From contig CAWJTV010000022.1 in NCBI GenBank assembly GCA_963845755.1, forward strand, positions 125,642-189,641: a stretch of 64,000 nt of DNA. Reading direction: 5' to 3'. Of the stretch, positions 10,662-20,949 are shown one piece after another. Source of the stretch: an uncultured Planctomycetota bacterium (GTDB lineage Bacteria; Planctomycetota; Planctomycetia; Isosphaerales; Isosphaeraceae). Each line of letters starts with the position of its first letter. Position 1 is the first letter of the stretch. The translations under genes were made by a program, and so were the position numbers. The notes beneath the pieces are model-generated. The model had not been told where the DNA came from, did not search any database, and saw nothing but the letters and a program-made list of their open reading frames with translations.

Positions 10662-11165
10662 CTACTCCGGAACCGCTGGCTTGGCTGTTGAAGGCCCAGT
10701 GCGCTCGACTACGCGTCCGCTGATCTTGAGGTCCAACCGTTGTTGGCCTTCTCGATCGGTAATCAGGCTAACGCGCTCGGCAATCTGGCCCGGCCGAGGC
10801 TTCGGGCGGAGGCCTATTCGAAGCCGGAAGACCCCACGGGGGGGAAGGACTACGGGGAGCTGGTCCAACACGAGGCACGTGCAGGATGACTTCGCACCGA
10901 CGATCTCAACTGCTTGATTTGACATATTGGTAAGCTTGAAGAAGACCGCATGCTGATCGCCCACACTTACGACGCCGACCGACCGGGTATAAGCGTCCGC
11001 GATGAGTCGATCCCCACCGAGATAAGCCACGGCGGATCCAAAGGACCCGAAAAAGTACAAGGCGATGGCCGCGATGGCAAGGAGGCCGATATTGGTGATG
11101 ATCACGGTCAGAGCCATCCACGACAGGGGCCTTTTCCTGGTCGCGGTCGATTCTGTAGCGATCAC
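10662..11165 (-). CDS. DUF1573 domain protein
   Basis: N-terminal TM; FKLTNMSNQAVEIVGAKSSCTCL...LPVVLPP...LKISGRV. Confidence 0.8.
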   Translation of the reverse strand: MIATESTATRKRPLSWMALTVIITNIGLLAIAAIALYFFGSFGSAVAYLGGDRLIADAYTRSVGVVSVGDQHAVFFKLTNMSNQAVEIVGAKSSCTCLVLDQLPVVLPPRGVFRLRIGLRPKPRPGQIAERVSLITDREGQQRLDLKISGRVVERTGPSTAKPAVPE

Positions 11166-11714
11166 GGTGCACCTCGCTCTAGATCGGGGACAGGGTCAGC
11201 GGGTAATCTATCGGCAGGCTCCCCGGGTTGGACTCGCACCTCTATCTGGGGCGCGTCCGAAAAACGATTCCTCCGGGTGGGTCGCGACCAATCACGTCGA
11301 TTGACAGGCCACCTCGGAAATCGGGATCGTCCGTGGGGTCGAATTTCACGGTCAGATCGGCGGCCTGTCCCGGTCCGATGTTAGTTGACTGCTCCGCCAC
11401 ACTTAGGCAGGGACAACTCGTCTCGACCCTCGCCACCATCACGGGATGCGAGCCTGAGTTCCGCAGGGTGAGTTTCGCAATCGCAGACCGACCCGGGTCC
11501 AAGGTCCCGAGCGAGATCGGATCAGGGCTGATCTCGAGCGGAAAATGCTGACCCGTCGTGCTTGCTAACTTCGAATGGGGGGGGGGGGGGTATGCTTCGC
11601 TCTTGGTGAGCCGAGGAGCGAGAGGGCCGACACGGTGAGCATGAGGGCTGGCGGGAATGTGGCCCAGACGAGCACGCGATTAGAGAAAGACCTTTCGCTT
11701 GATGCACTCATCAT
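11162..11714 (-). CDS. DUF1573 domain protein (frame broken at poly-G 11577-11590 and near 11250)
   Basis: MMSASSERSFSNRVLVWATFPPALMLTV... joins ISLGTLDPG...LTLRNSGSHPVMVARVETSCPCLSV...IGPG; the repaired tail ends in a GTGA overlap with the next gene. Confidence 0.75.
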
Positions 11715-11756
11715 GGGAACCCTCGTTGGGGGCGGAGGGAACCTGAATGACCCTGG

Positions 11757-11785
11757 ATCGTATAGGCGTCGGGGCGGGCTGTCAA
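11757..11785 (-). promoter_or_regulatory. Sigma70-like promoter for the DUF1573/Cys-peptide operon
   Basis: Minus strand TTGACA-N17-TACGAT, about 43 bp upstream of ATG 11714. Confidence 0.6.
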
Positions 11786-11804
11786 GGCCCTTCTTTCCAA
11801 AAAA

Positions 11805-11934
11805 CTAGGGTGGCAAAAGTTGCTGGAGCTGCCCACCGGACCCCGATTCCCCGTAGGTCTGGGCAATATGGGAAACTGGGGCAGGCCCAAATGAGCTCGT
11901 TCGGGGCCGCTTCCAGTAACTTTTGCCACCCTGG
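11805..11934. mobile_element. MITE, about 130 bp, 21-bp TIRs
   Basis: AGGGTGGCAAAAGTTGCTGGA (11807-11827) and TCCAGTAACTTTTGCCACCCT (11912-11932), one mismatch; A-runs on both flanks (possible target duplication). Confidence 0.7.
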
Positions 11935-11980
11935 AAAAAAATGGGCCGGCGGACGAATTCCAAGAAACGGAGGACGAACC

Positions 11981-13406
11981 ATGCCCTGGGATCCGTTCGG
12001 CGCATGGCCCAACGAACGTCGATGGATCTGGCTAACCATCGCCGGCTGGGTTCTTCTGTTGCGCGGGCCGGCGTTCGTCGAGAACCTCGAGGCGAAATCG
12101 CCGCAAGAGCTACTCCCGGACTTCTTTCAGGAATACGCCTCGGCTCGCAATGCGCTCGAAGGATTGCCGATCTATGGCGATCATCACGAGAGCGTGCGGC
12201 GCGTATCTCGGCGACCAGCTCAACGATCGACGATCGCATGTCGTCGTCAACGCCCACCCACCGACCTCGATCCTGCTCGCCCTCCCTCTGGCCAGGCTCG
12301 ACTTCGGCCATGCCTTCCTGACTTGGAACCTTGTTTCCCTCGCAGCCCTTGCGGCCAGCCTCTGGATCGTACAACGACAGCTCAAGATTCCCTTTTCGGC
12401 CTGGTCGTTTGCCCCTCTCCTGGCCCTCCTCCTTCTCTGCTTTCCCCCGTGGGAGCAATGCCGGCTGGGGCAGCTCACCCTCATTCTCCTGCTGCTGATC
12501 ACCGGCGCGTGGGCGGCGGAAAGGTCGGGGTGGCCGCGGCTGGCTGGAATGCTTCTCGGCGCAGCGACCTGCATCAAGCTGTTCGCGGGCTTCCTCTTCA
12601 TCTATTACGCGCTGCCGGGTCGCTGGAAGGTCGTTGTTTCGGGCCTGCTGACCATCGCGGGCCTGACGGCGCTGACGGCCGCGATCCTCGGAGTCGAGGC
12701 ATATCGGAGCTACTTCCTCACCGTCCTGCCTGAGATCCAGTGGTTCCGGGTCGGCTGGAACAACAACTCGCTCTGGGGGTTCTGGAGTCGGTTGTTCGAT
12801 CCCGCGCCCGAGCACGGTCGGGACCGGTCGCTCTCCGAGCCGCTGATTTACAGCCCGATCTTGGCCAGGGTCCTGTCGCTGGTCTCTTCGGCCGTGATTG
12901 TCGGCATTCTGGCCTGGGCGGTGCGCCGCGACGAGAAGAGGCTCTCGGCGCGTGAATCCAGAGTACCCCCTCACCCGGCCTTCGGCCGACCTCTCCCCGA
13001 GGGGCGAGGTGAAGATCTCAGAGCCTCCCATGGTCTGCAAAAAGATCTCACGTTCGCCTTGGCGGTCACGGCGATGCTGTTGGTCTCGCCGATCTGCTGG
13101 GAGCATTACCTGCTGCTCATGCTCGCTCCGCTGGCGATTATCTGGGTGAATCTGCCCGCCTCACGGTTCGCGCGAACGCTGTTCTTGACGATCGTGGCCG
13201 CGTTCTGGCTGGGGTATCCCGTGACCTGGACGGCCTTCGGCCTCAACGGGCGAATGGCCACGCCGGTCGACTCTCTGGGAATCCTCTCGTACCAATTCTA
13301 TGCCCTGCTGACGTTCTTTGCCCTCACGCTGATGATCTCGCGGCGTGGAAACGATCCGGGGCCCTCGCCTTCAGCAACGACCCGAGTCCACTCCACTGCG
13401 CCTTGA
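11981..13406 (+). CDS. DUF2029 / GT87 membrane glycosyltransferase (frameshift near 12195)
   Basis: PDFFQEYASAR..G.PIY, NAHPPT, GQLTLILLLL, CIKLF, NNSLWG, SPICWEHY. Confidence 0.85.
12966..13013 (+). repeat. REP-like palindromic element lying in-frame inside the GT87 gene
   Basis: CCCCCTCACCCGGCCTTCGGCCGACCTCTCCCCGAGGGGCGAGGTGAA translates as PPHPAFGRPLPEGRGE in a loop between TM helices. Confidence 0.7.
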
Positions 13407-13628
13407 TTTCTTGTAACGGTTCAGTCCCCACCTTGTCCCAGTCAGTGCGGAGCCGGCAGGCCGGACCGATGAGCGGCGATCGCGTCAACCAGGTAATATT
13501 CCTGCGCTTCCCTGGTGAATCTGTTCGATCATTCTCCCGGCCACTTTGCGATCTCTGTGGTGAGGAATGGCGGTTAACCCTCGTCAAGTGACCGCCGGGC
13601 CGGCACCGCGGAATCGATCGAGGCTCCA

Positions 13629-14582
13629 TCACGCAATCGGCTGATACGTGCTGCCCCGCAGCGAGTCCAGCAGCTTCTTGGTGGCACGGATCCCGTCGGG
13701 CTCGCTGAGCCGGCCGCCTTCGTACTCGATCCCCACGAAGCCGTGATAGCCGGCATCGGTGACGATCTTCATGATCCGGGCGAAGTCGAGCTTGGTCTCT
13801 TTCCCGGAATCGTCGAAGTCGTAGCTTTTGGCCGAGACGCCCTTGGCAGAGGGCATCATCCGGGCGATGGCGTCGTAGATATCGATCGAGTACTTGCCCC
13901 CGGACTGCGGGAAGTTGCCGAAGTCGGGCAACGTGCCGAAAGTCGGCTTGTTCACGGCCTTGATGAGGGCCAGCAAGGCGTCCGGGTTGCTCGACGGACC
14001 GCCGTGGTTCTCGCAGATGATCTCGATGCGGTGCTGCTCGCCGTACTCCGTCAGCTTGCCGCAGGCCTCGGCCACGCCGCCGACATCAGTCGGGCTGTAG
14101 TGATTGCCCGTGTTGACCCGGATCGCGTGGCAGCCAAGAGCCGCAGCCGCGTCGACCCACTTCTTGTGGTTATCCACGGCTTGATCTCGCTTCGCCTGAT
14201 CGGTCGCACTCAGGTCCCCCTCGCCATCGATCATGATCAGGACGCACGTGACGCCGACATCATTGGCCCGCTTCTTCAGGTCCTTGAGGTATTCCGAGTC
14301 ATGGGCCTTGTCCTTGAAGAACTGGTTGACGAATTCAACCCCCTCGATGCCGTATTCCTCGCGGGCGATCTTGGGAAAGTCGAGGTTGTTCAGCTTGTGG
14401 GCGAACAGGGCCTTGTGGAGCGACCATTCGGCCAGCGAGATCTTGAAGTCGCCGATCTTCCCGGCCTCGGGCTTGCCGGTCTGCTCGGCGGACAGGACGC
14501 TACGAGTGCCGAGGCTCAAGAGGGCCCCACCGGCGATCGCTCCCTCCAGGAACATCCGACGATTCAATTGCGCGTCGTTCAT
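13629..14582 (-). CDS. Tat-exported sugar phosphate isomerase/epimerase (xylose isomerase-like TIM barrel)
   Basis: NRRMFL Tat motif; KISLAEWSLH, ENHGG, GTLPDFGNF, VSAKSYDF, VGIEYEG. Confidence 0.9.
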   Translation of the reverse strand: MNDAQLNRRMFLEGAIAGGALLSLGTRSVLSAEQTGKPEAGKIGDFKISLAEWSLHKALFAHKLNNLDFPKIAREEYGIEGVEFVNQFFKDKAHDSEYLKDLKKRANDVGVTCVLIMIDGEGDLSATDQAKRDQAVDNHKKWVDAAAALGCHAIRVNTGNHYSPTDVGGVAEACGKLTEYGEQHRIEIICENHGGPSSNPDALLALIKAVNKPTFGTLPDFGNFPQSGGKYSIDIYDAIARMMPSAKGVSAKSYDFDDSGKETKLDFARIMKIVTDAGYHGFVGIEYEGGRLSEPDGIRATKKLLDSLRGSTYQPIA

Positions 14583-14620
14583 CGAAGTCATCTCCCAGGA
14601 ATGTGGACAGGATGCGAAGC

Positions 14621-15444
14621 TCACTCGTAGGCAATCTTCCGCTCATCAAGGAGTCCCTTGAGGGCGGCCACGGCGTCGGCGAAGCGTTCGGGGCCGGTGA
14701 AGCCGTGCGACAGCTCGGCGATGACGAGGTGCGGCTCGAGGACGCAGAACCCCTCGTAACCGCGGTTCACGGCGTCCTGGAGCAGGCGAGGGATCTGGCC
14801 GTCGCCGGCCCCGGCGGGCACGTTGCGTTCCCGCTTCGGGTCGTAGTCCTTGACGTGGAAGTGTTTGACGAAGGATCGCAGCCGGTCCCAAGCCTCCTCC
14901 ACCGGCTGGCCAACCTCCACGTAATTCGCCGGGTCGAACGCATGCTGGAGCGCCGGAGAGTTCACGGTCTCGAGGACGTCGGCGACGCGGTCCGCCGTGT
15001 CGCCGTAGATCCCCTTTTCGTTCTCGAGGAACAGGGTGATGCCGCGGCCGGCCGCGCGCGAGGACAGCTCGGTCATCCGGCCGACGACGGCCTCGCGATG
15101 CGCGGCCGGATCGTCTCCGGGGGGGATGTAGAAGCTGAAGACGCGAATCCGGGCGCCTGGTAGAGCTCCGCCAGTTCCATCGCCCGCTCGAAGCGCTGGA
15201 GGTGCTCGTCGAAGGGCTCGGTGATCCGGATCTTGCCGATCGGCGAGCCGATCGCGCTGAGACCGAACCCGCGCGCGAAGAGCAACTCGCGAAATGCGGC
15301 ATGCTGGGAATCGGAGAGGTCCAGGACGTTGGTGCCATGGATGGCGCGGAACTCGATGAACTGGATCCCCTGTCGGGCCAGGACATCGAGCTGCTCGTGA
15401 GGATCCTGTGAGATCTCGTCGGCGAAGGCACTGATGCGGATCAT
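14621..15444 (-). CDS. Sugar phosphate isomerase/epimerase TIM barrel (frameshift near 15155)
   Basis: MIRISAFADEIS...SAIGSPIGK, then IRVFSFY...LENEKGIYGD...FDPANY...HFHVKD...GAGDG...LEPHL. Confidence 0.85.
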
Positions 15445-15627
15445 CGATCGCTTCCCGGAAGCTGGATCGCGAGGCAGGCAGGGCTCAAGTTGGGACATCA
15501 TAACAGATCGCGGGAAAACCGCCAGGCGCTGGTGGCCGCGTGGGCTCGCGTCGGGTAGGATACCGAATAGAGCCGTTGGGGATCTCCCGCTTCGAGTCCG
15601 TATCGTCTTGTTCCTGGTTGCTCGGCG

Positions 15628-16122
15628 ATGTCGACACTGATCTGGCCGCTCCTGATTTACTGGCTCGTCCTGTTCGTCGTCTGCTTCATCGTGGTCGAGG
15701 TCGGCCACGATCAGCTTTACGACGAGGTCACGCGGCATGCCGGCCTGAAGGTGACCGGCGGCTCGTTGCTGATCGCCATCCTTCTGACCTGGCTGCGTTG
15801 GATGGGCACCCCGGCCTCGTACGATTCGATGTTCACCGCGAATATCGGGTGGACCGTCCTCCAGGGACTGGTGTGGTTCGGCGTGTTCACGCTGATCTTC
15901 CAGTTCCATCCCTGGCATGCCTTGGGAGTGGGGATCGCCACAATGCTCCTGGTCACGGGGCTTGCGACGATGGGCGTGGACAGCGTGTTGACCAAGACCG
16001 TGGCCTCGCCGAAAGCGCAGCGGGCCACGGTTTCCGGCCAGCCGGTCCGGCAATCGGTCACGCCGGCCGGAGGTGGCGGAGCCGGTACGTCCCCCGAGGC
16101 GGCCAAACCCAAGGCGCCTTGA
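15628..16122 (+). CDS. Hypothetical membrane protein
   Basis: 164-aa ORF with four hydrophobic segments. Confidence 0.7.
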   Translation: MSTLIWPLLIYWLVLFVVCFIVVEVGHDQLYDEVTRHAGLKVTGGSLLIAILLTWLRWMGTPASYDSMFTANIGWTVLQGLVWFGVFTLIFQFHPWHALGVGIATMLLVTGLATMGVDSVLTKTVASPKAQRATVSGQPVRQSVTPAGGGGAGTSPEAAKPKAP

Positions 16123-16248
16123 TCAGGAGGACGCGCGAGGCGATTGCGACGGATCAACTTCCGCGCTTCCACGCGCCCGAGCCGGGCTCTTATCTCCGCC
16201 ACATTCGGCGCGGGTGGTCCCGCACGATGATTCAATACGAAAGGGAAA

Positions 16249-16626
16249 TTGGCCGTGCGTTACATCACTCATGAGTTTGCCCATCCCGAAACGCTCGATC
16301 GCGCACATCGCTGGCTGATTCAAGCGGGGTTCGATGAGGGCCGGATCGAGGTGCACCACCAGGGCACTCCTCGGATCGCGGTGGCCGTGGAAGCGGGAGA
16401 GGCGGCCGTCGTGGAGATGGTGATCAACGCCGCGGAGTCGGGCGATCCGGACGGTCCGCCCAGCCTCTGGGACGTCGTCCGCCAGCACCATATCCATCCC
16501 CAGGGGGACAAGCCGGCCGAATCCGGTGCGCCGGAATCACACACGACCTCCTTCGTGGTGAGCTGGCACCCGGTCGACACCGAGCGCGACGTAACCCAGG
16601 CGTCCACCGACGTTCCGGCGGAATAA
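16249..16626 (+). CDS. Hypothetical protein
   Basis: 125-aa ORF with a plausible RBS and coding-like composition. Confidence 0.6.
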   Translation: MAVRYITHEFAHPETLDRAHRWLIQAGFDEGRIEVHHQGTPRIAVAVEAGEAAVVEMVINAAESGDPDGPPSLWDVVRQHHIHPQGDKPAESGAPESHTTSFVVSWHPVDTERDVTQASTDVPAE

Positions 16627-16692
16627 TCGTTACCGGGGCGCCGGGATCGACAGCCGCTTCCCCAGGGGCTGAAGGCCCCGAGCCGGGGTCCT

Positions 16693-17485
16693 TCAGCGGG
16701 GAAGTTCCTCGAGGCATCGCATGACGAGCTTGGCCAGCCGGTCGGCGGCCTCGAGCGCCCGCTCGTGGAGCGTCCAGAAGTCCTTGAGGCTGGAGGGGCG
16801 ATTCCAGATGGCTCGGATCGCCGCGCCAACGCGGTAGGTCCCCGATCGGGTCAAGAGCGCGGCGACCTCGCGCGGTAAGTCGCTCCGGGCGTCGTCGCTG
16901 ATCGCGCGCACCGAGAGGAAGCGGACGTTTCTTTCGACACAGACGCCGGCAACGGCCGAGGATTCCATGTCGACCAGGTCGGCCTGGAAGGAGTCGTGGA
17001 GTTGCCGCTTCTCGGCCGCATCGAGGATGATCCGGTCGACGGTCAGCAACCGCCCTTGATGGTGAGGAAACCCGTCGGCGAGCGACGCCGGCCCGGCAAT
17101 GGCGAATCGCCGGCCTTCCGGGTCGATCACTTCAACGGGTAGGACCAGATCATTGCGGGCCAGCGTGGGATTCAGCGCCGGCGAAACCCGCAGAGATGAT
17201 CCAGGAGGGTCGGTGGCCGTCGACGAGCAGCTCGGTCGCCCGCCGGGCCGCGAGACGCCCCGCGCCACCGATCGCGACCGCAACGATCTTCCCTTGATGT
17301 TCCCCCTCGACCACCGACAACGACGCGGCCTGGTACTTCCGGACGCGCCGGAGATTGTCGATCACGTCGCCGACTTCCAGGGGCAAGGCCGCGACGATCC
17401 CGACATCGGCCGCGACCGGCGCCGGCGCCACGATCCGCGCGCCCCGCTTCTCCGAATGGACTCCGTCGGTCGAGCCTGGGCTCAT
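16693..17485 (-). CDS. Hopanoid-associated phosphorylase/nucleosidase (HpnG-like; frameshift near 17180)
   Basis: VGIVAALPLE...IISAGFAG then VDMESSAVA...FLSVRAISDDA (PNP/MTA nucleosidase family); directly follows hpnH. Confidence 0.8.
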
Positions 17486-17486
17486 G

Positions 17487-18488
17487 TTATCCCAGTTGCC
17501 ACTGGATCATCTTCAATGTGTCGCCCAGGCGGCGGTTGACGCCCACGGCGGCCCCCGTCTCGTAGCCGACGTGCACCATGCAGTTCTCACACCTGGGGTC
17601 CTTCCCGTAACCATAATCCTCCCAGGCGGTCTTGTTCAAGAGGTCCGAGAAGCTCTCGTGGTGCGTGTCCGTGATCAGGTAGCAGGGGCCCTTCCAGCCC
17701 TTGATGTTCCGGGTCGGGCTGGCCCAGGCTGTGCACTGCATCTCGCGCTTCCCCTGGAGGAACTCCTGGTACATCGGCGAGGAGTGGAAGCGGTACTTGC
17801 GGAACATGGCCTCGGCGGCGCGGAATTTGGCCCGGATGTCCTCGCGGGTCATGAAGATCTCTTTCGAATTGACTGCCGCGTAGCTGTAGGCGGGCGAGAT
17901 GATGAAGCCGTCGACCCCGAGCGTCGTCAGGAAGGCGAAGAGCGAGTCGATCTCCGCCATGTCGGTCTCCTTGTACACCGTGGTGTTGGTGCAGACGAGG
18001 AAACCCCCTTCCTTGGCCGCCTTGATGCCGTCGATGGCGGCGTCGAAGACGCCTTCCCGCTCGACCGCCAGGTCGTGGTTCTGCTTCATCCCGTCCAGGT
18101 GAACGTTGAAGAAGAAGGTGCGGCTCGGCCGGAATTGCTCGAGCTTCTTGCGGAGGAACATCCCGTGGGTGCACAGGATGACGACCTTCTTTCGCTCCTG
18201 GATCCTCGCGACCAGCTCGCCGATACCCGGATAGATCGTCGGCTCGCCCCCGCAGATCGAGACGACCGGTGCGCCGCATTCGTCCACCGAAGCGAGGCAT
18301 TCATCAATGGTGAGCTTCTGTTTGATCGTCGATTCATATTCCCGGATCCGGCCGCAGCCGGTACACGTCAAGTTGCAGGCGTGCAGCGGCTCCAGCATCA
18401 GGACCATCGGGAACTTCTCGGCGCGAGCCAGCCGCTTGCGGGCGACGTAGCCGGCGATCCGAGTCGTCATCGGCAGCGGGAAAAGCAT
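17487..18488 (-). CDS. hpnH: Adenosylhopane-forming radical SAM enzyme
   Basis: FPMVLMLEPLHACNLTCTGCGRI, CGAPVVSICGGEP, HLDG, GWKGPCYL, DPRCENCMVHVGYE. Confidence 0.93.
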   Translation of the reverse strand: MLFPLPMTTRIAGYVARKRLARAEKFPMVLMLEPLHACNLTCTGCGRIREYESTIKQKLTIDECLASVDECGAPVVSICGGEPTIYPGIGELVARIQERKKVVILCTHGMFLRKKLEQFRPSRTFFFNVHLDGMKQNHDLAVEREGVFDAAIDGIKAAKEGGFLVCTNTTVYKETDMAEIDSLFAFLTTLGVDGFIISPAYSYAAVNSKEIFMTREDIRAKFRAAEAMFRKYRFHSSPMYQEFLQGKREMQCTAWASPTRNIKGWKGPCYLITDTHHESFSDLLNKTAWEDYGYGKDPRCENCMVHVGYETGAAVGVNRRLGDTLKMIQWQLG

Positions 18489-18586
18489 GAAGCTCGACCT
18501 CCTTGCTGGCCGGTCTCGCAGGGTGCTCGGTGAGCACCGGATTCGGCAACACAGGCTTCCGTCAGGATCGGTGCTCACAGAGCACC

Positions 18587-20616
18587 CTACAGATACGATA
18601 AAGGTTGGGCCGGGATTCGGGTCGCCAGCGCCGGCGAGGTTTGGGACCGTTCGCGCTCGATGGCCGCCTGGTATCGCGCGAGCGCCATGAGGGGGAAATA
18701 CACGCGATAGTAATGGTAGCGGAGATAGAACACCCGAGGGAATCCGGTGCCGGTGAACGGGGCTTCGTCCCAGGAACCGTCGGGCTGCTGGACCTCCAGG
18801 AGGTAATCGATCCCGCGGCGTACGGCCGCACTTCGGGCGCGGCCTGCGGCGACGAGCCCGAGCGTCGCCCAGGCGGTCTGCGACGGTGTGGGCTCGCCCG
18901 TCCCTTTCAGTGCGGGGTCGTCGTAGCTCTGGCAGGTCTCTCCCCACGCGCCCGAGGGCTGCTGGGTCGACTCGAGCCAGGCCACGGCCCCGAGGATCCT
19001 CGGATGGTCCATGGGGAACTCCATGGCGGCCAGCCCCTGCAACACCTGCCAGGTGCCGTAGATGTAATTGACCCCCCAGCGGCCATACCAGCAGCCTTCC
19101 GGCTCCTGAGTGCTCCAAAGGTAGTCCAGGGCTCGGCGAATGGCCGGATGGTCGTCGCGATAGCCCATGGTGCCCAGCAACTCCAGCACGCGGGCGGTGA
19201 TATCGGCGCAGCTCGGGTCGAGCATCGCGTTGTGGTCGGCGAAGGGGAGCTTCGTGAGGACCTGATTGTCGATATCGACGTCGTACGCGGCCCAGCCCCC
19301 GTCGCGATTCTGCATCGAGAGCAGCCAATCGACGCCGCGACGGGCCGCCGCAAGGGCGGCCGGGTCATCGGCCATCGGCGATCGCCTCAGCGCGAGGACC
19401 ACCATCGCGCTGTCGTCGAGGTCGGGGTAGAACTTGTTGCGAAACTGGAAGTGCCAGCCGGTCGGCTCGACGCGCGGGCCGCGGATCGCCCAGTCGCCCG
19501 GACCACGGATTTCCTTCTCGAGCAGCCAGTTCACGGCGCGCCCCCACGCCGGATGCCCGGCAGGGAGTCCCGCGTCGGCCAGCGCGATCGTGGCGATCGC
19601 CGTGTCCCAGACCGGCGAGAGGCACGGCTGGACCCGGACCCGATCGTCCTCGGCGATCTGAAGATCCTCGAGCTGCCGCATGGCCCACGTCACCGTCGGC
19701 GAATCCAGGTCGTATCCCAGGCTTCGCAGCGCGATGATCGAATACACCATCGGCGGGAAGATCGCGCCCAGGCCGTCGGTCTCGTCGCAATGCTCCATCA
19801 TCCAGCGGTGGGCCGCGTCGATCGCCGGCCGCCGCCACGACGCGGGCACGCGCCGGTCGAGCCATTTCAGGGCCCGGTCGAGCCCCAGGAAGAAGTTCGT
19901 CCAGGTAAACAACCGGGGCGTTCGGCGCGGAGGGCGGCGTCCGTCCTCGTGGAACAACTCCGCGATCCCACGATCCGGGCCCAGCGATCGGACCGGCTTG
20001 AAATACGACATGATCGACAGCGGCACGACGATCGTCCGCGTCCAGGCGGACATGGCGCTCGAGGCTGAAGCGCCACCGCGCCGGGATCCGGACCAGCTCC
20101 GGCGGGACGCACGGGCATTCCTCGTAGTCGATCTGTCCGAGCAGCGCCAGGTAGAACCGCGTGAAGCTGTTGCACTCCTGGGCCCCGCCGGCCTCCAGGA
20201 TCGCCCGCCGTGCCCGCACCATGGCCGGCTCGTCCGGCGAATGACCCGTCAGCTTCAGCGCGAAATAGGCCTTCACCGACGCGCTCACGTCGGTCGGACC
20301 GCCCGGATAGATCGCCCATCCCCCGTCCGGGAGCTGATGGTCCCGGATGTATCGCGCACACCGAATACAGACATCATCCGATTCTCGTTCCAGAAACGTC
20401 ATCAGCAAGATATATTCGGACTCGAGGATGGTATCTCCCTTCGAGCTCCGCGACCCAGTAGCCCTCCGGGTCCTGCCGCGCGAGCAGCCAGTCCCGGGTC
20501 CGCTCCAGGGCGGATTGCAGGACGTCGGGGGAAGCGATCCTCCGGCGCGACGGCCGGCGCGCGGCCGTCCGCTTCCAGGACTCCGCAGAGATGCCTCCGT
20601 CCGTGTTGGCGATCAT
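18587..20616 (-). CDS. shc: Squalene-hopene cyclase (frameshifts near 20440 and 20060)
   Basis: GYWVAELE, MSAWTRTIVVPL, GAIFPPM, QPCLSPVWDTA, FYPDLDDSA, QW repeats, YGRWGVNYIYGT, TGTGFPRVFYLRYH. Confidence 0.95.
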
Positions 20617-20949
20617 CGGTTCCCGGCCCTCTCCCTAGATTCGGGACTTGCTGATCCGTCCCCGCGACGACGAGAAACGGGGAATGGCACGTCGAAAAAA
20701 CACGCCGCAAGACTGCGAGCGGTGCACATCCTACGTGCGTCATGCGGATTCGATCAAGATCAAACTTCCCCAGGAATTAGGGGCAATTTCGAAGGTTGGC
20801 ATCCGCAGTTGCCGTCAAAATTTGCCTATTTTGCGGGCAGCCATCGAAAGTGCGCCGATCGTTGGGAGCTTCATAGACATGACGTCATGACGTCAGGTGA
20901 GGAAGGTTCCGGCACTTCGGAAGACAGCGGGCCGAACGACTCGAGGCGA

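Noticed and set aside
17487..19328. 613-aa ORF as an HpnH fusion
   Set aside because: The N-terminal part is an off-frame read of shc; HpnH starts at 18488 behind a GGAGG RBS.
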